Source of the DNA: Fibrobacteria bacterium
GTDB taxonomy: Bacteria > Fibrobacterota > Fibrobacteria > UBA11236
Length of the DNA stretch: 64,000 nt
Direction of reading: 5' to 3'
Assembly (NCBI GenBank): GCA_025360005.1
Contig: JANYDA010000048.1
Location: 78,048-142,047 of the forward strand
Part shown: one piece after another, positions 21,481 through 31,249 of the stretch
Numbering within the stretch: the first letter of the stretch is position 1
Layout of the letters: each line of letters begins with the position of its first letter
Notes under the pieces: generated by a model
Database searches by the model: none
Told to the model about the DNA's origin: nothing
What the model saw: the letters and a program-made list of their open reading frames with translations, nothing else
Translations under genes and position numbers: made by a program

Positions 21481-22657
21481 GATTCCTTTCAAGTCCTTAT
21501 TGTTCCCGTTGGTCCTGATGGCCCAATGCGCTGCCCAATGGTCGCAAACGGATCTTCCGGAAGCCGGCCGCGTTTACGGTATCGCGACGAGCGCGGAGCG
21601 GGTCTTTGCCGCTACCGATCATGGGGTATACCGCAGCGGCGATGAAGGCCTTACCTGGACGCCTGCGAGTGCAGGCCTACCTGATACTTCCGTCAGCGCA
21701 CTGGCCGTTGTCGACACCACGCTAATAGCCGGGGTTGCCGGTTCAGGCGTGTTCAAATCTTCCGACCATGGCCGATCGTGGCAAGCCACCCGATACGGGA
21801 CGGCGATTTCCGCTCCCACTGCTTTTGCGGTGGCGGGCGGCGTCCTGGTTTCGGGAAATTCCAGCGGCGGCTTTTTCCGTTCCCTGGATACCGGCATCAC
21901 ATGGACTCCCGCCCGGAATGCGGTTCCGGAATCCGAAGCCACATCATTCGCTGTCATCGGCGGAATCCTGTTCGTCGCCACCTTCGGTCAGGGGATATTC
22001 TCCTCCCCGGATACGGGCGCCACCTGGTCGCAGCTTGCCGATGTTCCCAACGGAATCGTGACGTCCCTGTCCGTCCAGGGAACGGATCTTTACGCCGGTT
22101 GCTCCGGACTCGGCGTATTCCGATCCCGGGATTCGGGGAAGGCGTGGAACCCGGTGACACAAGATTTGCCCGATGCCCAAGTCGGGGCCCTCCTTGCGGT
22201 GGGGGCATCCCTTTATGCGGGAACCTCGCACGGCGTCTTTGCCCTGAAGGAGAATGGTTCCGGTTGGATGCCGGTCCAGCAAGGATTGCCGGACGTTTTC
22301 GTAAGCGCCTTGTGCCCGGCAGGAGGCAATTTGCTGGCGGGTACCCGGGGCAAGGGCCTTTGGAGACGGCCGCTATCGGAATTGGCGGCCGCGATTCAAT
22401 TCCGCCGGAAAGGGAAAGCGGAAGGGGAAAACGGATTCGGACCGGGGATTGCGATCACGGAGTGGACGGAAACGGAATTCAGGTTTTTCATCCCGCGGCA
22501 AATGCGCATCAATATCAGGATGCTTGACGGCAAGGGAAGATCGGCCGGAGCGCTGCTGAACTCGGTGGTCAATCCAGGGACCCACACGGTCGCATTCGAC
22601 CGCGCCCGCTTGCCTGCGGGCCGTTATTTTTTGCGGATGGTGGGGATAACGGAGTGA
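21467..22657 (+). CDS. Secreted BNR-repeat beta-propeller protein with T9SS/FlgD-like C-terminal domain
   Basis: Repeated S-x-D-x-G-x-x-W Asp-box motifs; C-terminal LPAGRYFLRM; TTG start inferred. Confidence 0.8.
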   Translation: MKSAEIPFKSLLFPLVLMAQCAAQWSQTDLPEAGRVYGIATSAERVFAATDHGVYRSGDEGLTWTPASAGLPDTSVSALAVVDTTLIAGVAGSGVFKSSDHGRSWQATRYGTAISAPTAFAVAGGVLVSGNSSGGFFRSLDTGITWTPARNAVPESEATSFAVIGGILFVATFGQGIFSSPDTGATWSQLADVPNGIVTSLSVQGTDLYAGCSGLGVFRSRDSGKAWNPVTQDLPDAQVGALLAVGASLYAGTSHGVFALKENGSGWMPVQQGLPDVFVSALCPAGGNLLAGTRGKGLWRRPLSELAAAIQFRRKGKAEGENGFGPGIAITEWTETEFRFFIPRQMRINIRMLDGKGRSAGALLNSVVNPGTHTVAFDRARLPAGRYFLRMVGITE

Positions 22658-22767
22658 CAAACTTCACCCGCGGCCCGTGAGCCCCGCACTTGCAAGGGTT
22701 GCGGGCATTTAATCTATTTACGGAGCGCCCTGATTCCCGGGTTCGGGAAAAATCCAAGGTATCCAAT

Positions 22768-23505
22768 ATGACGCTCAAGTTCCTCCTTCCGTTTTACTTT
22801 TGCCTATCCGCATGCCTACCGGCCGCGGCCGCCCTGGGCATCAAGCCGGACGGCCATTTGGACATGCCCGTGCTGCGCAAGGCGTACATGGAAAGCGAAT
22901 TCGAAAAGGTGCGCGCCTCCCTGGAAGGATTCCTCAAAAAGCATCCCAAGGACGTGACCCGGGACGAGAAGATTTTCACCCATATGTATCTGGGCGTCAT
23001 TTGCGCGGCGGATTCCACCACGGAAATCCGGGCGGAAAGCCATTTCAACGCGCTATTGCAGCTCTCACCGCATATAGAACCCGTGGACATGTTCGTTCCC
23101 CCCAAGATCCAGGATCTGTTCGATCGCATCAAGCGCGACTATCTCAAAAGGCAGGAATACGAAAAACGCTACGATGCTTTCGGCAATCCCATTGCATCCG
23201 GCCCCGATTCCGCATATGCCTCCCCCAATGCCACGGCTCCTGGCGTCGGCGGCAACCCCAACGCACCGCAAGGGGAAACCCATCCCGCGCGCAAGGATGC
23301 GGCGGGCGATGCCCCGCGTACCGGCGCGCAGTCCGCCAAGCACCCAGCCATCTCCGCAAACGATCGCCATGCCTGGGTGTGGTGGACCGTGGGTTCAGCC
23401 GCCGTGGTGGCTGCCAGCGTGGGCGTCTACGTCTTGGTCGCATCCGATCCATCGCCATCACCGCATCGCACTACTGCGGATGGAACCTTGCGGGCGGGCC
23501 CTTGA
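22768..23505 (+). CDS. Exported helical (TPR-like) protein with C-terminal TM helix
   Basis: Signal peptide, helical core, Pro/Ala linker, AWVWWTVGSAAVVAASVGVYVLV; 1 nt from the next gene. Confidence 0.65.
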   Translation: MTLKFLLPFYFCLSACLPAAAALGIKPDGHLDMPVLRKAYMESEFEKVRASLEGFLKKHPKDVTRDEKIFTHMYLGVICAADSTTEIRAESHFNALLQLSPHIEPVDMFVPPKIQDLFDRIKRDYLKRQEYEKRYDAFGNPIASGPDSAYASPNATAPGVGGNPNAPQGETHPARKDAAGDAPRTGAQSAKHPAISANDRHAWVWWTVGSAAVVAASVGVYVLVASDPSPSPHRTTADGTLRAGP

Positions 23506-23506
23506 G

Positions 23507-26500
23507 ATGAAAACCCTGCATCCCAAACTCATCCCGTTCTTCCTTCTGCTCGCGCTTGCCGTTTGGCGCTGCAATTTCTCCAACCAACCCGCAGCAGAGA
23601 ACCTGCTGACGGTCAAGCTTGACGACTCGCTCTCCACCTACGATTCCATCCGCATCGACATCCTCTATCCCAACGGCACCGTCTATAAGGATTCGATCTT
23701 TTACGGCAAATACGCTCCCGCCGCCGATCATCAACTCAAGGATCTCGATCTGGGCGCGAATCCTCCCGCCAATTACCAAATCCTGATCACCGGGATCCGC
23801 GCCGGCAATAAAGTCCTGGTATTCAGCATCCCGGTGACCCCGAAAGGCGCCGAGCCCCCGAAAATACTGGTGCGGGAGCCGCCCCGGGACACGGTCAAAA
23901 CGCCCGTGGACACCGTCCCGCGCAGGGTCAATCTCATTACCCCATCCCCGCTCATCCTGGCGGCGACGGCCCAGGCAACCGCCCTCAAGGCGGAAGTCCA
24001 ACCCAGGGCGGCCAATCAGGCCCTGCTATACTCCGGATTCGACACTGCGGTCGCCACCCTGGATGCCGCAGGCAACATCCGCCCCATCCGGGCCGGGGAA
24101 ACCGATATCACCGTCCGCTCGCAAGGCGATACCTCCCTCACCGCCCTTCTCCATCTCAAGATCATCGAACCCGTGGACGTAAAAGGCGTCACCTTGACTC
24201 CGGACAAGCTCACCCTCTATCTGGGCGGCGATGCGTATAAATTGAACGCCCAGACCTCCCCGCCGGACGCCAAGGTGAGCGTGATCTTCCAGAGCGACAA
24301 CGACACCGTCGCCAAGGTGGCCGCGGACGGTACCGTGCAGCCGGGAAAAGCGGGCCAGGCTTCCATCCGGGTCTTTCCCGCGGGTTTTCCCTCCCTGTTC
24401 CTCACCTGCCAGGTCACGGTGGAAATAGATCCCCCCGTACTGGATGCGGGATCCGATCGTGATGTGCGGCCCAAGGAGATAGTAACCTTCCCGTTAACGG
24501 TGACGCAGAAGAACGGCGGCGTGGCCGCCTTGAAATGGGACCTGGATGGGGATAATGTCTGGGACGATTCCGTAAAAATCCCTACCGCATCTCCGCAGCA
24601 CGTCTATGACGGCAAGGACTCCCTGATCACGGTCCATTTCTACGTACGCGATACCGAAGGCAACTTCATCAACGTCTCCCGCAAAGTGCACGTGGGCCAA
24701 ACGCTGGCGGCGCCTGTCTTCACCTCCGCCACCACGCCCTCGCCCACGCGACTGGCCAAACCCGCTTGGGCCTGGACAGGTAACCCGGGCGGTACTGGCG
24801 CCTTCCGCTACGTCTTCGATGGAAAGCCCGAAGCGGAAACCAGGGCCACCACCTTCATTCCCGATTCCCTACCCGACGGCGAACACACCCTGGTCGTGCG
24901 CGAGCTGGACGCCTCCGGCCGCCTTTCCGACTCCGCCACTCGCACCATCAAGGTGGTAACCCTGGGGCCCATCGTCACCATCACCTCCCCGAATGGCGGC
25001 TTTCTGACCAATGCCGCCGTGGTCGGCGTCGCCTGGACGGTCAAACAGGCGAGCGGCGCCATCCTCTCGAACAGCAATTCCGAAAAGCTGGCCGGCAAGC
25101 AAGGCGCCGTCAAAATCATCCGCGAAGAATCCGATATCTACGGCAACAGAGGCGCCGACACCGTGACAATCTTCCGCGACACCATCGCGCCTGAGCCGCC
25201 TTCCTTCACCGCGCAAACATCTCCGGTCAGCGTCAATGCAGCCAATACTTCGCCCGTGCAATGGGCCTGGACGCGCGCCGCGCCCAACGACTACTTCATG
25301 GTTTCCCTCAATGGCGCCCCTGCGGTCAAGCAGGCATCCACGGCCTATACGCTTCCCAACGCGGCCAATGGGACCTATATCCTCAACGTGCTGGAAAGCG
25401 ATTCGGCAGGCAATCTCTCCACCGGGGCCAGCTACTCCATCTTCGTGGACCGTACTGCTCCGCCCACGCCTTCCGTCTCGGGGACCACCCCGACCGGCAA
25501 TCCCACCTGGTCCTGGACCCCCGGCGCAGGTTCGGACGGCGCCAAGATTTACCGCTACAAGCTTTCCACCGCTGCGGCCTACTCAACGGAAACCAATTCC
25601 ACTTCCTATAGTCCCAGCGGTCTTGCCACCGGGAGCTATACCCTGCAAGTGCAAGAGCGGGATGGGTCGGGCAATTGGTCGGGCGATGGGACGTGGAAAA
25701 TTGATGTGGACAAGACGGGGCCGGTGGTGACGGTGGGGAAGCCGACGCCTTTTGGACGAGTGACCAGCGTAAACCCGGTCGTCTCCGGATCGGTGATGGA
25801 TGAAAACGGTATCAGGAAGGTGGAATACAAAATCAATACGGGAACTTACGCCCCCGTGACTCCTACTGGGAGCAACTGGACTTTCTTGGACAACTATGAT
25901 GCGGGTGTGAATACGATTTGGATCCGTGGCGAGGATCAATTCGGGAACAAGGATTCCGCGTCCATTAAAATTTACAAGTATCCGAATGTCGTGTTCGTAC
26001 GGAAGAATGCGACGGGAACGGGAAAATCTTGGGAGGATGCTTATGGGGAAATGTATGATGCGCTGGATTCCACAAAGGTTTATCCGGTGGGAACAAATAT
26101 CTGGGTCACAAAAGGAAGCTATGGAGGCTCACCTTCAAGACAGAATGATTTGCCGATATACCATTCCGATATCCATGTATTAGGCGGATTCTTCGATGAT
26201 CACCCCTCGGTGGATTCCACGCAAAGGGATATCTCCCTAGGTGTATCAACGATTTCAAAAGTTTTATGGATTGGAGAACCGGGAACCCTTATCCATGATT
26301 TTATTCTCGATGGCTTCACGCTTTCCGATAGGCTCTGGATTGCCAATGCGGATCACTATCGGAATTCCTTTCGGAACCTGAAATTCAGCAAGATCACCTC
26401 AACGACTAATATTCTGTTAACGCGCGGTGGCAACATTTTCGAGAATTGCGAATTCTCCGATTTGCTTTCAACGGAAGACAGTCCCATTTACCTCAAGGGG

Positions 26501-26770
26501 ACCAATGAATTCCGTAAATGCAGATTTGAAAACGTGAAGGCGGGTGCAGGAAATACCGCGATAAGTTTTTCAGGAATGATTATCGTGCGGGATTCCTATT
26601 TCTCGAATAACGGAGGCCCGGACGGGGGCTATCACTTCAATCTGAGTTCAAACGCGCAAACCTTGGACATCGATGGGAGCCAAATCCAATCTGGAAAAGC
26701 GGGGATTCTCGTGGATCCCTCCTTCCCCATCGGCCAATTCATATACGGAAATGGCAATACTGGCTTCTAA
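23507..26770 (+). CDS. Large surface lipoprotein with tandem Ig-like (Big_2/PKD-type) domains and a C-terminal pectin-lyase-like beta-helix
   Basis: Signal ending AVWRC, repeats P-x-W-x-W...G-x-YTL-x-V-x-E-x-D, WDLDGD, C-terminal V-x-x-x-ATG-x-G-x-SWEDAY. Confidence 0.75.
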   Translation: MKTLHPKLIPFFLLLALAVWRCNFSNQPAAENLLTVKLDDSLSTYDSIRIDILYPNGTVYKDSIFYGKYAPAADHQLKDLDLGANPPANYQILITGIRAGNKVLVFSIPVTPKGAEPPKILVREPPRDTVKTPVDTVPRRVNLITPSPLILAATAQATALKAEVQPRAANQALLYSGFDTAVATLDAAGNIRPIRAGETDITVRSQGDTSLTALLHLKIIEPVDVKGVTLTPDKLTLYLGGDAYKLNAQTSPPDAKVSVIFQSDNDTVAKVAADGTVQPGKAGQASIRVFPAGFPSLFLTCQVTVEIDPPVLDAGSDRDVRPKEIVTFPLTVTQKNGGVAALKWDLDGDNVWDDSVKIPTASPQHVYDGKDSLITVHFYVRDTEGNFINVSRKVHVGQTLAAPVFTSATTPSPTRLAKPAWAWTGNPGGTGAFRYVFDGKPEAETRATTFIPDSLPDGEHTLVVRELDASGRLSDSATRTIKVVTLGPIVTITSPNGGFLTNAAVVGVAWTVKQASGAILSNSNSEKLAGKQGAVKIIREESDIYGNRGADTVTIFRDTIAPEPPSFTAQTSPVSVNAANTSPVQWAWTRAAPNDYFMVSLNGAPAVKQASTAYTLPNAANGTYILNVLESDSAGNLSTGASYSIFVDRTAPPTPSVSGTTPTGNPTWSWTPGAGSDGAKIYRYKLSTAAAYSTETNSTSYSPSGLATGSYTLQVQERDGSGNWSGDGTWKIDVDKTGPVVTVGKPTPFGRVTSVNPVVSGSVMDENGIRKVEYKINTGTYAPVTPTGSNWTFLDNYDAGVNTIWIRGEDQFGNKDSASIKIYKYPNVVFVRKNATGTGKSWEDAYGEMYDALDSTKVYPVGTNIWVTKGSYGGSPSRQNDLPIYHSDIHVLGGFFDDHPSVDSTQRDISLGVSTISKVLWIGEPGTLIHDFILDGFTLSDRLWIANADHYRNSFRNLKFSKITSTTNILLTRGGNIFENCEFSDLLSTEDSPIYLKGTNEFRKCRFENVKAGAGNTAISFSGMIIVRDSYFSNNGGPDGGYHFNLSSNAQTLDIDGSQIQSGKAGILVDPSFPIGQFIYGNGNTGF

Positions 26771-26794
26771 AGTGGCAAACCATCTGCGTGGGAA

Positions 26795-27892
26795 TCAATA
26801 AACCAGGATTCTTTGAGAATACTTTTGCGCCTTCGTTTCCAGATTCACAATGTAGAATCCCGGATTCCGCAAGGAAGAAATTTCAAATGCCGATTTCCCT
26901 TCCCCATTTGCAGAATAGAGTTGAACGCCTTGCGGCGACCAGACCGTAATTTTATACGGCTCATCCAAAGTGACGTTCAGCTCGCTGCTCTCGGTAACGA
27001 AAGAGATGTTGTCTTTCGGAGTGACGGCAACATCTTTAATGGTAATTGTCGTCGGGTCCCCAGATACATATTCTAAAGCGCGCAGAATCAAGCTGCGGAA
27101 AAAGGGCGTATTCACGGCAACGGGTTCATGAAAGCAAATCGAATAAAAGTAACGTGTGCCGGCGGCATCTTCGCGATACCAAGCCGCGGGATGGGTCGGG
27201 TAAGGAGCGCGGTTGAGGGCCTTCGCATTCTGCAAAAAATATATCGGCTTGATTTGGGGGTAGGTGGTCCCCAAAGTGTCGAATTGATACCATTCGTCTT
27301 TGGCAGTATAGGATGCTGGCAGATCTTTTAAGATAGGGTTGGACAATACGGCAGGATCGGTCGTCTTTGTGATCGTCCCTTCCGGAATATCCGGATGGTC
27401 GACGATATACCTCATCGAGGTGACATTGTCCTGATACCAAGGCCATTCCGCTTTGCTCCACTCATTAGCGCCGGATGTGTGGTAGCCTACATACCCCTTG
27501 TGGGGCAGCTTCAGCCATCCGATGAAAGCGTTCTTGGCTGCATCTGGAAATTGATCGGGAAGCTCGGTATGGAAGAAGTAGTTGAAGACGATGATGTCGT
27601 ATTTCGCGAGCATGGCCGCCGTCAATTTCGTCGCATCCCCTTTTTCCAGGGTAAAGCCGACGGCGGTTTGCATGGTTTGCAGATTCGTCCAGGCGGCCAG
27701 CTTGGAAGCCTCATGACCCGCAGCGGTACCTTCTAAAACCAGAACCTTTTTGCTTTTCAAAGGGCTCAAAGGGTTCGGAGCCACCATTTGCGCCTGGGCC
27801 GCGATCAACCCGATGGAAACCAGTATGAACTTCGCTCCATTCCCGATGCTTCGGACATAATTATGGCGGAGATGATTTCGTGTGTTCGGCAT
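26795..27892 (-). CDS. Secreted ThuA-like (class I glutamine amidotransferase fold) protein with T9SS-like tail
   Basis: GYVGYHTSG, W-x-WY, DEWYQF, HPAAW, C-terminal GFYIVNL. Confidence 0.75.
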   Translation of the reverse strand: MPNTRNHLRHNYVRSIGNGAKFILVSIGLIAAQAQMVAPNPLSPLKSKKVLVLEGTAAGHEASKLAAWTNLQTMQTAVGFTLEKGDATKLTAAMLAKYDIIVFNYFFHTELPDQFPDAAKNAFIGWLKLPHKGYVGYHTSGANEWSKAEWPWYQDNVTSMRYIVDHPDIPEGTITKTTDPAVLSNPILKDLPASYTAKDEWYQFDTLGTTYPQIKPIYFLQNAKALNRAPYPTHPAAWYREDAAGTRYFYSICFHEPVAVNTPFFRSLILRALEYVSGDPTTITIKDVAVTPKDNISFVTESSELNVTLDEPYKITVWSPQGVQLYSANGEGKSAFEISSLRNPGFYIVNLETKAQKYSQRILVY

Positions 27893-27900
27893 TGTGTTTC

Positions 27901-29295
27901 CTATCGTAAAGAAAATTCCAACCTCAAGAGGTAATACCAGTCTTTGCTTCGAGGGGTCAAAGGGATGCTGCTTGGGCTTAAGGATCCGTCCGTCAGGCGG
28001 AAATGATCGCTGGCCGCTTGTGCATACACCGAGACGTATTTGTTGACGGCTTTCTTGGCGTAGATTGACCACTTGAAATCATCGCTATGGACAGAATCGG
28101 TTTTGGTCGTGCTCCAGATCGGCAAGGATTCCTGAACAAAGGAATAGATATCGTTATAGGGGGATTTATAATATTCGCCTTGTAGGGAGAGTACATCGAG
28201 CATTTTGAAGGTGGGCACGTTGACGCCGAACATGACCGGAATCCTTTCCGATCTTTTGGCGTAGTACAAAGGCTGGTTCTCCACTCCCAATACGGCGGCT
28301 TCGGCGAAGATCCGCAAATCTTCGGGACCGCGGATCTCCTCGGGCAGAAGCGGTCCCAGGTTCAGAGCGACGCGTCCCATCAGCTTTATCCCCTTGAAGG
28401 TCCAATGATGCAAGACTACCGTATCCACCGGATTGACGATCAGGTGGTCGGTGAAAATATCGGAGAGTCGGCCAGTATAGGTAACCGTATCCGGCAAAGT
28501 GGGATCGGGTACATCCTTGACCGTGGCGTAAGTATTTGCCTGGTCCTTGGGAACCTCCTTGCTGGGTCGCAGCGGAAGGTAATGGTTGAATACGGCGCCG
28601 CCCCCGAAATCGATCCATTTACTGACGAAGGAAAAATCGTAGCCAGGAGAGAAATCCCCCACGGGATAATAAACCGTTTCCATGAAAAGAGAGGCGTTGT
28701 GCTTAAGATGCCCGCCCATTTGGGAAAGGGTAAACAACAATCCCTGGCTGTAGTTGCCGGCCCGGTTCATAAGTCCCCACCCATCGTTCGTCCAGATATA
28801 GCCTGGATAAGTGCCGGACCGATATAGATACTCTCCCAGGTTCTTCGCATCCGGGTTGTATTTGTAGTTGAACGTTCCCAACATGATGCTTTCCGAGGTC
28901 GTACCCGGATCGCCGAATTGCCAGCGGGCCCTGGCAACCGGCACCATCGGTTTCACCTGCATGATCTTCTGGCTCAGATCCGCATTCGCCCCCCCGCCAT
29001 AGTAAGGCCACCAAACCAGGCCGGATAATCCGACGGAAACGTCGAATCTCCCTGCGGTCATGTCCTGAATTACGGAAACGCTGGTCCGGCTCAGGGGAAG
29101 ATTGGTGATCGTGTTCTTTTTACTGGGGTCATTATAATCATAACCCTTGATCAGGTGGCCGTAGTCCATATAGGATTTCACGGTAAGCTTATGGCTATCG
29201 AGGCCTTCGAATTGGGCGGCGGATTCAACGGCGACTACCGACATGCATAACCCCAACAGCGCACGGAGCGGCGGCGCTTTGTATCGTGGGTTCAT
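27901..29295 (-). CDS. Uncharacterised outer-membrane protein, paralogue B
   Basis: Signal peptide; shares KYNPDAKNLGEYLYRSGTYPG, WWP, DHFRL and WYYL with the upstream paralogue. Confidence 0.7.
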   Translation of the reverse strand: MNPRYKAPPLRALLGLCMSVVAVESAAQFEGLDSHKLTVKSYMDYGHLIKGYDYNDPSKKNTITNLPLSRTSVSVIQDMTAGRFDVSVGLSGLVWWPYYGGGANADLSQKIMQVKPMVPVARARWQFGDPGTTSESIMLGTFNYKYNPDAKNLGEYLYRSGTYPGYIWTNDGWGLMNRAGNYSQGLLFTLSQMGGHLKHNASLFMETVYYPVGDFSPGYDFSFVSKWIDFGGGAVFNHYLPLRPSKEVPKDQANTYATVKDVPDPTLPDTVTYTGRLSDIFTDHLIVNPVDTVVLHHWTFKGIKLMGRVALNLGPLLPEEIRGPEDLRIFAEAAVLGVENQPLYYAKRSERIPVMFGVNVPTFKMLDVLSLQGEYYKSPYNDIYSFVQESLPIWSTTKTDSVHSDDFKWSIYAKKAVNKYVSVYAQAASDHFRLTDGSLSPSSIPLTPRSKDWYYLLRLEFSLR

Positions 29296-29324
29296 TTTTA
29301 CTCCAATGGCCTTAATTTGATCAA

Positions 29325-30704
29325 TCAAAGCGACATCTCCATGTTCACCAGGTAATACCAATTATTCGGTGACTGCGTTAAATCGTATTGGGATAGAGAT
29401 GCGTCGAATGTCCTCAAGCGCAGATGGTCGTTGGCGACTTGGGCGTTCAATTTCAGCAACCGGTTCAGCTGTTTGCTCGCATAGGCCGACCACTTCCACT
29501 TGTTGACCTTGAGGGCATCCGCGTCGCGGGTCTGATAGTCTTGCACCGTCCAAATGGGAAGCGATGATTCGGTATAGGCCTTGATGCCGTTGAAAGGGGA
29601 AGAATAATATTCAACCTGAAGGGAAATCACATCGAGCAGTTGGAGCGTAGGCAAGTTGAAGCCGGCCATGACCGGCATACGTTCCGTGAGTTTTTCATAA
29701 TAGTAGGGTTGGTCTTCAACCCCTAAAACACCCACCTCGCCGAACAAACGGAGATCCTCCGGGCCGCGAACTCTTTCCGGAATGAGGAAACCCAAATCTA
29801 CGGCCGCCCGGGCCATCAATTTTATTCCTTGCAGTCCCCAAGTATGCAACACCTGGTATGGATCGGTGGTATCGCCTTGAATCGCAGCCGGGGCACCTGA
29901 ATATGGCCCTTTGTAGTATGGCGTTCCCTTTGTAGGGTTGGCTTGGGCTTCGATGTAAGTGTTTTCCTTTTTCCGGGGACGCGTCTTGCTGGGGTTGAAA
30001 GAGATGCCTCGGTTGTATGCGGCGCCGATTCCAAACTTAAGCAGGGAGCCGTTCCAAGAAATCTCGTAGCCGGGGGTAATGTCGCCAATGGGATATGTCA
30101 TCAATTCGGAAAAGAGATTGATGTCCTGCGAAAGCCTATCGCCAAAACTTGAATAATGGAAATGGAGCCCATAGGCTTCAAAATAAGCATTGTTGATCAA
30201 ATGATACCCGTCCCCATTGGATATCACACCGGGATAAGTACCGGATCGGTAAAGGTATTCACCAAGATTGCGCGCATCAGGGTTGTATTTATAGGGGAAA
30301 TAGCCGGCTTCAAGGTAATGGGATTCATCGCCCGGACCGAATAACTTTTTGATCTTCGCTATCGAAGGGCGAGGTTCGACTCGAATCGTGCGAGTCACCG
30401 GAACGGTTTGTTGAGGGCTAAAGGGCCACCACAAAATCCCTTTCAAACCAAGATTGAACTCCCAAGAATCACCGTACGTAGCGTTTTGTTCCAAGAAGAC
30501 AATGTTTCGGTACATTCCAATGTCATTTAAAGGGAACGTTAGGCCCGCATTTCTGTTTTCGCCCTTTACTATCTGGCCAAACTCCAAATCTGCTCCCGCC
30601 CTGAACTCCTCGAACCGCACCCCCGTGCTGTCTTCCGCCCGGGCTCCCATCGCCAGGCCCATACCAAGCAAAAATACCCAATGTCTTTTAACGAGTATGC
30701 CCAT
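29325..30704 (-). CDS. Uncharacterised outer-membrane protein, paralogue A
   Basis: Signal peptide; KYNPDARNLGEYLYRSGTYPG, WWP, DHLRL, WYYL; amphipathic beta strands. Confidence 0.7.
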   Translation of the reverse strand: MGILVKRHWVFLLGMGLAMGARAEDSTGVRFEEFRAGADLEFGQIVKGENRNAGLTFPLNDIGMYRNIVFLEQNATYGDSWEFNLGLKGILWWPFSPQQTVPVTRTIRVEPRPSIAKIKKLFGPGDESHYLEAGYFPYKYNPDARNLGEYLYRSGTYPGVISNGDGYHLINNAYFEAYGLHFHYSSFGDRLSQDINLFSELMTYPIGDITPGYEISWNGSLLKFGIGAAYNRGISFNPSKTRPRKKENTYIEAQANPTKGTPYYKGPYSGAPAAIQGDTTDPYQVLHTWGLQGIKLMARAAVDLGFLIPERVRGPEDLRLFGEVGVLGVEDQPYYYEKLTERMPVMAGFNLPTLQLLDVISLQVEYYSSPFNGIKAYTESSLPIWTVQDYQTRDADALKVNKWKWSAYASKQLNRLLKLNAQVANDHLRLRTFDASLSQYDLTQSPNNWYYLVNMEMSL

Positions 30705-31249
30705 GGGAATGCTACGCGAAAACCTTTTGCAAAGGGAAACCTCGACCCCGGGGTAAATCTAACCCCAGCCTGGAAGCATTTCAGGCCAAAAGTGGCTTCA
30801 GCCCGGTAATTGGGCGGGCATTCACGTTTATCGGCCAAAATGATGGCGCGCGAACATTAATTTCGCATTCTAACAAGTGCGTTCCCCTGGCCGTGGGCAT
30901 TGGTTGGGGAGGGTTTTCATTCCCTACCCCGCGCCGGGGATGAATTTAGGGAAGCGGGTTTTGGAAAATGTGCCCAGGGGCGGGTCGAGCGGTAGGCGAC
31001 GGCGGTAGGGAACAGGCGGCCTTGGAAGCAGATGGGGAGGGGGCGGATAGGTAACATTTGTGATACGGGGGGCGGGGATAGCCATTGGAAACGGGACCGG
31101 GGCTGTGGAGGCGGCATTCCTGCATGGAAACTGCCTCCCCGATCGCTCAGTAAGGGGGCCGTCGCGTGTTTCCGGCACGCATCGGTGCCTGCTTGCTACG
31201 GGCATCGCGTGAACGTATTTTACCCCTACCTCAAAGGAAAGGAAATAGC

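Noticed and set aside
25650-26770. Diversity-generating retroelement target
   Set aside because: No reverse transcriptase and no template/variable repeat pair seen; the tip is not a C-type lectin fold.
31173-31190. Sigma-54 promoter (CGGCACG...TGC)
   Set aside because: GG-to-GC spacing is one base too long; the sequence is just a small GGCAC/GTGCC palindrome.
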